A stretch of 64,000 bases of DNA from positions 237,627 through 301,626 of the forward strand of contig MU619246.1 of the NCBI GenBank assembly GCA_025201805.1, read 5' to 3'. A program made the position numbers and the translations under genes. Below the pieces are notes generated by a model. It searched no databases and was not told the DNA's origin. It saw only the letters and a program-made list of their open reading frames with translations. Positions 36,681-50,009 of this stretch are shown here, piece after piece; position 1 is the stretch's first letter, and each line of letters opens with the position of its first letter. Source of the DNA: Parasitella parasitica NRRL 2501. Lineage: Eukaryota; Fungi; Mucoromycota.

Positions 36681-39600
36681 TTAAAACGACTCGTCGCCAT
36701 CCGGGCTTCTTGTGGTATAGGTATCCTCGAAAGGATCACTGCGATCCAGGGCTTGCTGCGTTCTAGACGGCGTAGTAAGACTACGCTGAATCGGATTTTC
36801 TTGTCTGGCTCTTGCAGTAGGCACGCTAAGTTGACGTCTCAGGTCAGCAGCTATTTGCAGTGGCATTTGATCGTCCCTCTCCTCGTCCACAGACAGACTG
36901 TGGGACAACTGGGCGCGGTAAAACTCGACAGGGAGTGAATCATGACGAGCCACGCGTTTGTCATCTACATCAACTTGTGATGGCACAGGTGCGCTGTGTC
37001 TTTTCTGTTGCCTTTCAGCAGCATCAGCACTAGTGCCATCATGTTGGTAAAGCAAACAAAATTCATCTAATGAAGCAGATCGCATGGTTTCTTCTTCGAC
37101 CTGCGTCTTTTCGTTTTGAGAACAAGGCAGTTGTGCATTGGGTGTGAACGACGAGTACATTTCAATATATTCAGATATCACATTGCGCTCCTTATGCGCT
37201 TGACGAGGTCCCGCCATATGGAAAGGAGGAACGGGCAGAGAGTGTGGTAATAATGGTGCGTCATCCGAATGATTACCGCCAAAGGAAGAAGTGTAGGTCG
37301 AGAATCGAGAGAGCTGATCATCAGTAGTGTAATTCTGCTCACTGCGAATCTTCACTTCCTCTTCCTCTTCCTCTTTTTCGTTACTGCTGTTGCTGCTGCT
37401 GTTGCTGCTGCTGTTGCTGCTGCTGCTTTCTTGGTCCATGATTTCGCCTTCAGGGACAGCTTCGAATGACACAGGACATCCTTGGTCGTAAATGGTCAAG
37501 TGCCGATGGCGAGTGCGTTGATTAAAGCCCTTACTTGTGTCCAAATCGATATCTTGAATAAACGTCTTGCCAAATTGTTGAGCCCTTTCGATCGAGCCAT
37601 TGATGGGCCCTTGCGGTGCTTTGTAAACTTTTTGGAGCAGGTGTTTGACATCGTCATGCACTGTTGGAGCCGATAGTCTGTTATGGTATGCGGGGTCTTG
37701 AAACTGGGTCTGCAGGCTTTGCTGCTTGTGCTTGATTTTGTCTCTGACTGCGCCTATCGCATCCTCGTCGTCTTTCAGAACGTACGTGGGCTCTGATCCA
37801 GATATGTAAGTGCCCAACACATGCATGCGGCGATGGTAAAAGCACTGATACAGCAGGGTCAATACGGGCAAAGGAATCAAGCAGTAGGCTTGCAACTTGC
37901 CGCCCTTCAAGACCAGCATGACGATCATCGTCAGCTGGAAAAAGATAACCGATGTCATGACCGTTTGAAACAACACAGGCCAGATTTTACCGCCACTCTC
38001 TATTTTGGTTACAAAGACATACATCAGCATGTATTTGTACACGATGCTGGCAACGGCAAAGTAGAGCAAGGCAAACGGTAAAATCAGGGGGCTCATTGCC
38101 GAGTAGACCAATGTGATGGTGAAGAAAAACAGCAGCAAATTGTAGTTTTGAGGGTAGTTGAACTCGGGAGGCCTTGCCAGCTCGCGGAGTTCTCGAGGAC
38201 TGGGGCGAGTGATGAATTTGCGCACGGTAATGGTCAACAGAGGCACCAGCATCGCTAAATCCATCGTCAACGTCAACGACTTCAAGCAGACAAAGTTGAT
38301 CCAAAAGGTGGAAACTTCTGCAATATTCTTTGCAATCTGCATAACGTACTCTGCAACGCTTTCCTCCGTGGGCAGAGAGCCCGATTCAACCAAAGCCCGG
38401 ATTTGCCCATAGATGCCGATAAACATGGACGTCAAAGTAAACACTAGCAGATTGTTGATAATGAAGAATACGTAGAGCTTTGTCAGCACTTTGCGGTCCA
38501 ACGTAGTCTGTGTCCAGTAGCCTTGCTGCTGTGACAGAAACCGGAAAAACAGCGGCAGCAAGTAAAAGAAGACGGCCATGACAATGGGAGAGAAATAGGC
38601 CTGAATCACGCCCATTAGCACTTGATGAGAGTTGATGAAATCTGCAGAATTCGGTATCAGCCGTATCAGATTGATAATGTTGGAGGTGGCCGAGAGCGCG
38701 GTCATTGGAATCATCCAGGCAAACACAAAGACCCAATACACGACATGTCCCATCCATCGCTTTGCTTGGCGGGTTTTGTGGTCTAATGGCAAATTGGACC
38801 AAACCAGATCAGTGGGTGTTGGTGACAGTCGAATATCAAACTTCTTGGCTAGAGACCGTTCCGTAGCATGAGCAGCATGAACACTATCGAACGAGATCCA
38901 GCCGTACTGTGCCGTTTTTGTAGTTTTACTGCTGCGCAGTGCCTTGATTTCTCTGTCCAGATCAGCCACCTGTTTGGTGTAGTGTTCGATGGCATCGACC
39001 TTTCTGCCGCCACAGAACAAAAACCCGCCTATGCGAACCGGCGGCCTTGATTTCTTTTCATGTTTGCCGTCGCTTAGGTAAGCAGCCAATGTGGTTTCCA
39101 AGTTTTGTACAGCTTCTAGATGTTGATCCATCAACCCGTTCAGTTTGGCGCTGTGGTGGCCGATCATGGCTTGAGAAATGGGATATGAAATGTGCTCTCT
39201 GGTCACCCATTGCTTCAGCTTGTCGTCTGACTGCATGCTTTGAGGTATGCGGCTCACTATCAAGGATTTCATGGATGCTTCGTTTTGCGGTAAGCGAAAA
39301 AAGTACTGGCGCATTTGTATGTAATCGCAGGAGGCACGGTACATGAAATAAGCAATGAGGATGCTGAATATGTACGTTGCAGTGAATGGGGCCCAGTACC
39401 AAGTAAAGTCTGCATCGGCTCTTGTTTTGCCATTATGAAGGTTGATGCCTGCAATGGACAAGATTTCGATGCTGCCGGACGCAGGAGGCCAGTCTCTGTG
39501 GCGACATGATTTTGTTACTGTCAAGGTGTGCGTGTATGCAAACAGTTGCAACTTACCCAGTTGATTTGGTCGCTACAATGTAAATTGGAATCAAGGCACC

Positions 39601-40082
39601 GACGCCTATTATGCTCATGTAAAACAGCATTTTTCTAAGCAGGCGGACAAACCGAATATAAAGAACGGCATCACATCCAATCTGCGACAACAGTTGCTCG
39701 TCTGTTGTCCTTAGTATCGGCTTTACCCAAGAGAACCAGCCTCTTGATTCTATCACAGGTGGCTGATGTCTATATGTACGGTAGACAATGTTAGTGTGAG
39801 CTGTTGTGATGAAGCGATCTGAACTCGAACATTACTCTTTTGTAGCGAATTTCGACTTGGGAGCATATACCAGCGTATGTCTCTGTGCTAACAATGTCAG
39901 TGCATGATTGCCGACTTTTTTTTTTTTCGAAATCAATTTTGACTTACTGGTCGTAAGATGCTGAATCCAATCATGACCACAATGGCTGTACCAACATTGA
40001 TTCCTAGTTGTATGCCCATTGCCCTGATTGTGAATGTTGCATCTTGCTTTCGTTGATCTTCGAATGGCACGTACACACTCAT
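36681..40082 (-). CDS. OSCA/TMEM63/Csc1 (DUF221) mechanosensitive / Ca-permeable channel
   Basis: N-terminal TM, then YAPKSKF, GWFSWVKP, IGCDAVLYIRF, P..LVWSNL and YSAMSPLILPFALLYF...ESGGKIWP; short 5' exons followed by one long exon. Confidence 0.92.
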
Positions 40083-40776
40083 TATTAATTAGCTAAATAA
40101 AAATAAAAAATAAACAATGTAAAGTAAGAAAGAGAGAGAGAGAGAGAAAGGCTGGTGTATGATTTACTGTATATTTTTAGCTTGAGTTTCTTAATTAAGA
40201 TGCAATTTGGGTGTAACAATCAACGATGAGATCAAAAGACTTTATAATAGTCTTCTATGGATCAAGGAAGGTGACCAATATTTGCTCTTTATTTGGCGTA
40301 ATTCAGCTATATACAGTTCAATTCAATCATGTTGCTCACAATGAGAAATCCACACAAAGAGCCATCGTATTAGTAAGGTAGTAAATTTTTTCCTTTGACC
40401 AAAAAAGAAGCTTCTCAGCTTCACAGTGATAGCTGCTTCCCTTCCAAAAGGCCCGAGGCATTTGTCTAAACCTTTAAAAAAAAAAGGCCATCTTCCCAGA
40501 TACGCTACAAGCGAATGCAATCTCTAAATCTGAGATAAGCCACGTTCTGGTATTTGTAGAAAATAGAATTTCGCATATGAAATAGTGTGTACCTCGCAAA
40601 CTTTAATATTTTGCTGCCACCAAAATAAAGGAGCCGTGGTTGAATCAAGTCTGAGATTAGTCCTATTCTCGTCTACGAAAACAAAAAAGCAATTTGCTGT
40701 GTACTTCTGGTGAATTACACCCATAAATGGATATATATTTATTGCAAGAAATTGTAGGATTAGACGGAAAGAGATG

Positions 40777-41938
40777 CTACGGCAAAATCTTGTACGCTGT
40801 TTCGTAGATTTCGTGGGCAACTTGCCTTCTCAAGGATTCAATTAACGGAGATGATTCTTTGAATTCAATGCTATGATACAAAACGGTCAAAAAAAAAATA
40901 AACAAACAAACAGTGCAACTCCTTTAAGAAATACAAACCTTTCATCGTCAACATGAATCGTTTCGATAGGCAGCAATAGCCTTGAAGTGCTGGTCAGAAA
41001 ACATCCCTCCCATTTCCCCTGTTTGGCATCTTCCAACATGGGGAACTCCCATATAAATGGAACATTGTTCTTTTGGCATACGTTTATCACAATCTTCAAG
41101 ATAGAGCCTAGTAGAATATGATCCAAGGATGCACACAAAACCGTGCCATTTTTTACAGCCAAAAAATTGGACGCCATTCCTTCATATAGCCGTTGCTGAT
41201 CGTCCATCAATAAAACCTCGTTGACATCCGCTGACTTGTTCTTCTCCAGAGTTTGGCGCTCTCTCACCCATTCTGAATCCTTTACTTCGGGCGCCCTCCT
41301 CTCCTTTCGTTCAATGTCTACTTTGACACGTTTATTTGGCGGAATACTAGCCAGAGGCGCAAAATGTGCAGCGAAATGCGGCTGCTGGCTCTGTGGAAAA
41401 AAAAAATTTTTTTTTTGCTCAAAAACACACATCTTTGCACACTATCAATTTTTTTTTTTTACCTCGAATGAATAAGTTGCCATGAGAGAGACTTTTGCTT
41501 CAGAAGGGTGCTCTGTGTTTGTAGTGGCGTCCGCATGCTCGTAATACTCACTTAGACCTTTCTTTAACAAAGCAATCACTCTTTGCTCAAACCCCTGGGG
41601 ATCTCTGAGCGATTTCAAGGCCTTGTGGGCTGCCTCTGTCTGAGATGCTGTCGTTCCCTCGAATTTGATCAACGAAAGAGAATTAGTCATGCGCGTCATG
41701 TGTGTTTTCAATTCGACAATGGCGCCTCTGTTTACTGTTCGCATGCCAGTATAAGCTCCTAATGTAATTTTAACCGTTGAGTACAATGCCACTTTTGGCA
41801 ATTTCTCACTACAAGATCTTACCACTCGGATAAGAGAGAATAAAGTCGTTGAAAGTGCAATTGCCTATTGTCGACTTGTACTGAAATTTAGCAAGGTCAT
41901 CCTCTTCGACGTTAATGTGCTCGATGATNNNNNNNNNN

Positions 41939-41981
<43 letters not shown>

Positions 41982-42046
41982 TACATTGTCAATAAAAAGA
42001 TTTATGGCAAGACAATATCGGCACATTTACGTGTGTTTGCGGCCAT
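40777..42046 (-). CDS. Fold-type IV PLP-dependent enzyme (D-amino-acid aminotransferase / ADC-lyase-like)
   Basis: GAYTGMRT, HMTRM, PEVKDSEW (candidate PLP Lys), LYEGMASNF, ILLGSI and FLTSTSRLLLPI; 5 exons, first intron contains an N gap. Confidence 0.8.
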
Positions 42047-43305
42047 GTTCAATGTGGAGTAGCACCGCTTGTATTTGGTATATATGACAGGCACCCGTAA
42101 GCAGCGACGAGAAGTCAAAAGTGTGAAGGACAGCATTACATGCAGGTCTTTGAAAAAAAACGAGTAAAATACTATCCTGTAGGTGTTTAGGTGTGAGTTG
42201 ATTGGCTCGCTTGGGGCATGAAAGAGTCCTTCATGATGTCCTACTTGATATATATTTATTCACCCGAAAGCAAGAGATATTACAGTTGCAATCAAACGGT
42301 ACGTATTTAAACAAAAATATTCTGCCTATATAACAACAAGAGTACATGGGGATCCGTGATTTCTTAGGAAGGGGGTTTGAGCAATTACAGGAAAAGTGTT
42401 TTGTGTGATACCAGCATATAGAAGTGCTCTGAAAATTAGAATTTAACATAGCTAGAAACATCATCTCTGTTCAATGCATCGCACAGTTTACAAGACTTGA
42501 CTGACTTTTCAATTTGCTTTAGTAAAAAAAGAATATTTTGAAGAGAGCGATATATGTTTAGGCCCTAAAAATAATGTGTTGATGGCGAAAATTACAATTT
42601 GCCAAAAATGAACACTATAGATCTATAGATCTACTAGCGAGTCTCGCCAGGGATTCGACACATGCGTTACGTTTAACAAACTCACAATACACAGTCAATC
42701 ATTTGGTTATGAATATAATGCTCGGTGAAAAACGGACATTCTCAGTAATATACTACCGTATATATTAGCGTCTGCCTATATGGAATCTATTTACTCTTCC
42801 AATAAAATTTATAACTTGAAGGCTATCTTGGCAACAACAAAAAAAAATACAGTGGTCCTAATAAAATGATTTTCTCCAAACATACAATAAACCAAAAGAT
42901 TGCGCAATAAAGTACCCATAACGAGAAAATATGTTCAAAGCAGAGATAAAATATCTAGTATCACAAAAGCCAAAGGCCAATCGAGTCCAACGATAAATGA
43001 TGCCACACTCCGCATATTTGTGCAAAAAAGTAAGTTATTGCACAATCCAAATTCTTGATGGTGTAAGTTTGCCTATATCCCACAACAATACAGTTTAGAG
43101 TTTTGTATAATGCTCATTTATCGTGAAAATAGTCATCATAAAGCGAAAAAGACGCCATATCACTAGTTTATTTTATGTATATTGTCCAACATGTCTATTT
43201 GGGGGGGGGAGTTTCTCCAAAGAGTATGAATTGCCATTTCATATATAAAGCCTGGTTTTATACCATCCTATTTTTTACAGCATAAAATCAAATCATCTAA
43301 TAAAT

Positions 43306-44942
43306 ATGGCTGAAAAATCACACAAAAATAATATAGAGCCAGTTGTCAAGACAACCGAAAATGTGTTTACTGATAACAGCAAAAAGGCTTATTATGATGG
43401 TAGTGATATGGAGAGTCTCTCAACCGATAGCTATGATGAAACATTAGAATGGACAGCTGAAGAAGAGCAGCGAGTGCGCAACAAATTAGATCTCAAGCTG
43501 ATGACTTTTATGCTGGCCATGACATTTGTTCTCAATATGGACCGTACCAATATTTGTAAGTCATGATATTTTTTAACACAGAGAAATCACTGATCCACGG
43601 GCACTAAACATAATATGCAGCAAATGCTATTTCGGACAACTTGGCGGTTTCGCTTGGCTTTACAAACGATGGGGTAAACACAACGGTTCTCGTCTACTCT
43701 TTGATCTTTACGATCTTTACGCTCCCTTCAAATGCCATCGTCAAGCGCATCGGTGCTCACCTGTGGATTCCAATCTTGATGAACTCTTGGGCCATTGTTA
43801 CTTGGGCTCACGCTTTGGTGCATAATTTCAGCGGATTTGTGGCCGTTCGTATTTTCATTGCAATCACAGAAGCTGGCTTTATCCCTGCTTGCCTTACGTA
43901 CTTGACTGGGTGGTACAAGACTACAGAGCTGGCTACCCGTCTTGCGTGGTTCTGGGGTATCCAAGCTTTTGCCTCTGCTTTCTCGGGGTTGATTTCATTT
44001 GGCGTGTTCCGTATGGCCGGTATTGCCAATTTGGAAGGCTGGAAGTGGCTCTTTTTGTTGGACGGCATCATGACTCATATTGTAGGCATCGTTGCATTCT
44101 TTTACTTGCCTGCCAATGCTTTAAAGACATCCGGTGGTATTCGAGGCAAGCACGGCTGGTTCACAGAGAAGGAAAAGAAGATTGCTATTACCCGCATTAT
44201 CCGAGACGATTTGACAAAGAAGGAGCAGTTCAAAAAGATTACTATGGCCGATGTGAAAATTGCACTTGTCGACACCAAGCTCTGGACTCATCTGATTATC
44301 ACATTTGTTGGCATGATGACTTTGACACCTATCCAAAACTACCTGCCTACTATGATCAGAACAGCCGGTTTTTCTGTAACTGACAGCAACCTTCTCACTG
44401 CTCCTTCGTATATCATTGGCCTCATCTTTTCCATCATCATTGCCCGCAGCTCTGATCGCTACGGTAACGTGGCTCTTCACGCCCTAATCGGCACTATTTG
44501 GATGCTGCTTGGCTTTGTCGTGCTCGAAGTTTTGCCTGATACTTCAGGAAAATGGAGTCTTTACGGCGCTGCTCTCTTTACGGCTTCTGCCCCTTCGTGG
44601 CACGGCATGCAAATTGCGTGGATGTCCTCTAATTTGGCCCCGATCGGCAAACGTACACTTGCCTTGGGCGCTGTCATCGGTGCTGCCAACATCTGTGGTG
44701 TTCCTGGCTCACAAATCTACCAAACGGCTGATGCACCTTACTATCACAGAGGTAATTACATCAATATTGCTCTTCAGGCTGCCACGGCTGTCCTCTTTAT
44801 TGTTCAGCGTACCCGCTATGTCTTGACAAACAAGTATCGTGCCAAGAAATGGAATGGTATGACAGAAGATGAAAAGAAAACATACAACGAGACAACCAAA
44901 GACCTTGGCTCCAACCGTCTTGATTTCCAATTTAGATTGTAA
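43306..44942 (+). CDS. MFS transporter, anion:cation symporter (Dal5/Tna1 allantoate/nicotinate-type) family
   Basis: KLDLKLM...NMDRTNI, EAGFIP..LTGWYKTTELATRLAWFW, LEGWKWLFLLDG and DFQFRL end; one intron (~43556-43620). Confidence 0.9.
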
Positions 44943-45163
44943 AAACATAACAAAACAAAAAAAAAATACCCTTTTAAAATGTATTATATAACTTTCTCAA
45001 ATTTTCGTATATTTCCATAATTCAATAAAAAAAAAAAAATTGATAATTAAAATAAATATTTGGAAAGGTCTCTATATACAAAAGTATCTTGTGTTGAGTT
45101 GATAAGGCTCGCAAACTTAAATCCGCTATAATGAGAGTTATTTACTACCGTACAATGATTCTA

Positions 45164-46152
45164 CTAAGCTGTTTCCTTTTCATCGTTCTTTTTATCATTG
45201 CGTTGAGTTACTTTGAGTTCAAATCGTTCGAAATCAAATGAAGTGACAGAATCAAATGCAACATCGTAAATAATCAATGACCACTCAAAAAATGCATATA
45301 TAGTATAGGCTAAATTTCGGATTAGCACGACATTTGCAGGACAATACCACATAAAGATACTTACCTCCAGGAATGTGGTGAACCTTGTGTTGGATGAAAA
45401 AGTAGACCATTGGGGGCAACGTACCAAAAAATGCCATGGTGAGAAGCCTTCGTCTCTTTATCGAAGTTGTGCTTGTATTGGGGCTAGTGTAAAGTACGCC
45501 CAACTGCCATGGCAATGTACACAAGAGATAAATAACCATAGCTACGTCGTGCGTCATATGGTCGTCCGTTGATGTGATGTAAACCCAACCTCCACAAGAA
45601 ACAGTGCGAATGATGCCAACTGCTAATAAAAATCTCCCAAATCCCAATGAACAAGTGCGCACCGACTTTGTCGTGTAAAGGTACCATAACCCAACAAGAG
45701 CAAATCGGGGACCTGAAGTCAGGGCAATAAAAATTTGGAAAAAGGCGCGTGCAGGGTATCTATCGCCTGTGGTTGCACTTACACTTGGAAACCATTCCTA
45801 GATATATGAAAAAGATGCCACATGTTAGTGAAGGCAGTGATCAAGCCTGCCGTCTATATTGTACCTGAGGATATCCAAAATACTCGTTTTGAACAATTTT
45901 GTAATAATGAGTGTAGCATCCCACCACCAATGCTATGAAAAAGGCACCTGCGCAATACAGAATGTAAGCATGAACTTCATTCCCACTTGTGATGCTTTGA
46001 TAAACTTACTATAAGCGCAAGCAGTGTGAGAGTACGATATGTATTTCGCAGGTATCTGATTGTTGCATGCATTATAAATTTGGATAAAGGCTGCAATTGA
46101 ACATGATTAAAATTACCACTGCCACTGTATTTTTTTCAAGATTGTTTATCAT
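45164..46152 (-). CDS. Stand-alone Cwh43 N-terminal / PGAP2 (Frag1/DRAM/Sfk1) membrane protein
   Basis: [62 protein letters not shown] and YAFFEWSLIIYDVAFD; stops shortly after the domain. Confidence 0.85.
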
Positions 46153-48001
46153 TGTATTGCTTTTTGCAGTTGAAGAAAAAAATAAGAAAAAGAAACCGCA
46201 AAAGTATAGGGAATAAAAAAAGTAGGGGGGTCAGTGTTAGGTGTAACAACAACAGTGGAGAAATAAAAGGCCTTTTCAACATTTCTCAATGGTTGATCAA
46301 TTCGCATAGTTGAATGTTAGTTACTTTACTACCAATAGCCATTTATTGATATAATGTTTCGACTAGGCCTGAGAATCAAGTGTACCTTATCAGCTTAATT
46401 TTGTTAATTCCAAGCAACCTATTCACACTGATGGATATAGATACCCTTTGATGCAATTTAAAGGGTCTTGGATACTTGAAAATCTGCCTAAAGCCTTTTC
46501 AATTGATACCAAGTTTTTCGCAGATGCTAGTCTCTATTTAATAAACATATTTTTAAGAACAAAAACTTTCGCTGCATTGTCTACCATCCGTTAGACTTTA
46601 TAACTTGATATGCAGCACTTTTTCAAAGCTCAGAAGAACCAGCAGCACTGCATCGTCAAAATGTTACTGTAGAGCAAAGTTTATCAGTAAAATCAATTCA
46701 GCAGTTAAATATATGAAAGATGCCTAATGTTCTTTTCATTGTTATAGTATTCATCTGCATCAAACACATATGGGTTTCGCGGGGGCGGGGGTTTTCTTTT
46801 CTAAAACCTAGATATAATGTAAGTTTAAGGCCATTGCAGTGCTTTTTTTTTTTTTTTTTTTTTNNNNNNNNNNNNNNNNNNNNNNNNNNNNNNNNNNNNN
46901 NNNTGTACCTGATCGCATACAAGTCTTCATTGGAATGCATACATTTGTTGATTCATCTCATTGGAATCGATCATCAACGTTTCATTCACATGAAAAAAAA
47001 AAGAGTGCCTTCAAGCTACCAGCATCGACCGCTTAACTCTGACTAGCAACGTAACGTTTTGTAAATAAAAAACATTGATTAGGATTTCCTAATATGGTGG
47101 ATGTTAGACACTTCCCAACTAGACAAGAATTTTCTAGGTGTCAATGTCATTTACAATATTTTGCGGCACTTTGAGAATCAACAGTATAAAAACAAGCATG
47201 TGATGCCACATTATCATGTATTTCGTGAGAGAAATATGCATCATTCTGAAACATGTTGATCATTAGGATTATTATATAAATCTCAATGTACAAAACAGCG
47301 CTGATTATTCTCATTTATAATATCATGGCAGTTTGTTAATCATTTACAAAGGTATAGAGAGATAACTAAAAGTATTAGCAAAAAAAAAAAAAAAGAGGGG
47401 ATGAAGCACTATCAAGATAAGAATTATCAAGCTGAGGAGACATTAGTCATCTTCTTCACCTGGCCTCCAGAAGCGGGCATCGATCCATAATTCAACATGC
47501 CAGTCGCACAAGAGAGAGGTTAATACATTACCATGGGATGGGGATTAATTACGGAAGAATGTTACTGCCGTGCTATTGTTCATCTACATCTTTTTTTTTT
47601 TTTGCCATCTATAAAAATGGAGGAGCAAAATGACGTGTAAAGAGATGGATTGAAAAAGCGAATATATAATCACAAGACATATTAGGTTTTGCAGGGATGC
47701 ATTAGTTTACTGTCTCGGGTTTATATGCAAGAACCTTGTAAATACATTTCAGTCTGTCTGGAACATGCACAATCAATACAAAATCAACAATTGCTGATCT
47801 AGCAAAGATGGTGATGGAAGTCTGGCTTTAAATGCCCGAAGCAGCATTTTTTTTTTTTTTTTTACATTGGGATAAGGTTAAATCCACAAATAACAGGCTT
47901 TGTGAGAGTGTCATTTATTTAAAGATAGCTGCTGCTGCTGCTGCTGCTTTTAATCCCTTTTTTTTTTCTTTCTTTTTTTCCTTTCATTACAAATAACACA
48001 A

Positions 48002-49874
48002 ATGCAACAATCTCAGCATTCAGGCAAAATGAGACCACTCGATGAATATGACATTTCAGTCGAGACAGGGTTCTTACCTTCCACACCTCCACTTCGTAGA
48101 TTATCTGATCCTTATTTCGCTCCTTGGGAAGACATGATGGAGGACTTCAATGGCTTGCTGTTGGCTGGAAAATTAAGAGAAAAAGTCCACAAGGTAGGAT
48201 GTCATCCAACAGGCTGGAGCCAGAGCTGACAGTGTAGTAGATGCCTTTGCTGGATCACTCTATGCTAAAGTCTGTAGAAGAGTACCGAAGAGCTTTCTTG
48301 ATTCTTTGTATGGTGTCTCATAGTTACGTCTGGGGAAAGCACGAAACAACGTCTGAGGTAAGTGCTGCCATACTCGGTCTGCATTTGTTAATTCTTATTT
48401 CCCACGATATCAATAGACGCTGCCGTCCAACCTCGCTATCCCGTGGACTAGCATTGCTGATCATTTGGGCCTGTGTCCTGTAGTGTGTCATGCAGCAGTT
48501 GTGCTTTGGAACTACAGACTGCTGGACAAAGACGGCCCAGTCGACTTGAGTAACCTTGCTGCATTGGCAACCTACTCTGGCTCGCTGGACGAATCTTGGT
48601 TTTATTTGATCACAACCGCCATAGAGAGCTCAGGTGCTCCTTGTTTATCACAAATAACGTATGCAATTGAGAACATCCGGCAAGGCAATTACAGCGACCT
48701 CGAGCAGAATTTGAAAACAATCCGCACGGCTCTGGCCCAAATGAATGACGATCTAAAACGAATGTATGAGAAATGCGACCCATATGTCTTTTACTGGAAA
48801 ATCCGGCCGTATTTGGCTGGTTGGGAAAATATGGCCGAAGCAGGGTTGCCCTTGGGCCTGATCTACGAAGGCGTCGATTCATTATGGAATGCACAGACTG
48901 ACGAGTATGCCGACATGTCGCACTTGGATGAAGCAGAGCGGCTCTTGAGCCAATACAGGCGTTATGCAGGTGGCAGTGCTGCACAGAGCAGTTTGATCGC
49001 TGCATTAGACGTTGCATTTGGCGTAGAGCATCATCGCACAGGAGAAAAGCCCTCCTTCATAAAGGCCGCTGATTTGCCTAATGACAGATACACGAAACTG
49101 CCTGCCACCAACCCTGCAGACGAAATCAACAATGGCGCTGAAACCCCTCGCACCCCACCTCGCTTTAAACGCACTAATCGCAATACCTTTTTGAGAGCGA
49201 TGCGCAAGTACATGCCTCGGCCCCATCGTGAATTTCTGGAAGATTTAGAGGAAGCTGCCAACATCAGACCCTACATCCTTCAGCTTGAAGAAAACGACAA
49301 GAATGGCAACATTTCTGCCCAGGAATCAGACATTGTCAATGCTTACAACGAGTGCCTTGATCAGCTCAAACTTTTCCGTGATAAACATGTCCAAATTGTC
49401 ACGCTGTACATTGTAAATCAAGCACGCAAGGGGCCCAACATCGCTCACGGCGGTTTTGCCATTGAAAAGAAGCAGCAGGAACTAGAGCGGGCACCTGAAC
49501 AGCCGCCGCAAAAAACCGAGAAAGCCGCCTCTGTCAAGGCGCCATCTGCTACCCACAATGACCTGTATCCACAGACTCAGTTAGAGACACAGCCTGGAAT
49601 TCGCAAGGACTCCAAGACTGACAAAGTGTCGCAAATGTTTCCTCAGTTGGGCCTTGCGAGAAAACTGCCGTCCAATGCCCAGGTGGTTCGAGGCACTGGT
49701 GGCACCAATGTCATGCCTTTCTTGAAGCAGTCTCGCGACGAAACTGCCGACATGAAAATTCGTCTCAACGGCAGTAAGGTCGAGGAACAAAGTGGAAAAG
49801 ACCAAGAGGGAAACCAGCAACAAATACAAGAAGAAGCCAAAGCATCGTGGTCTGATTGGATTTTACGCCGATAA
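48002..49874 (+). CDS. BNA2: Indoleamine 2,3-dioxygenase
   Basis: ETGFLP, SHSYVWG, ESWFYL, CDPYVFYWKIRPYLAGW, GGSAAQSSL, MRKYMPRPHR, FRDKH (heme His) and GTGGT; two 5' introns. Confidence 0.93.
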
Positions 49875-50009
49875 ACAACCTCTACCATACCCTTCTCTCC
49901 CTTCTCTCTCTATCTTTTTTTTTTTTTTTTTTTTTTNNNNNNNNNNNNNNNNNNNNNNNNNNNNNNTTTTCTGTGATTTAAATAACAAAATTTACAACTG
50001 CAATTTTAT

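Noticed and set aside
37384-37428. 12-bp repeat encoding SSSN units in OSCA (also the polyQ/polyT tracts in other genes)
   Set aside because: Ordinary coding microsatellites in disordered regions.
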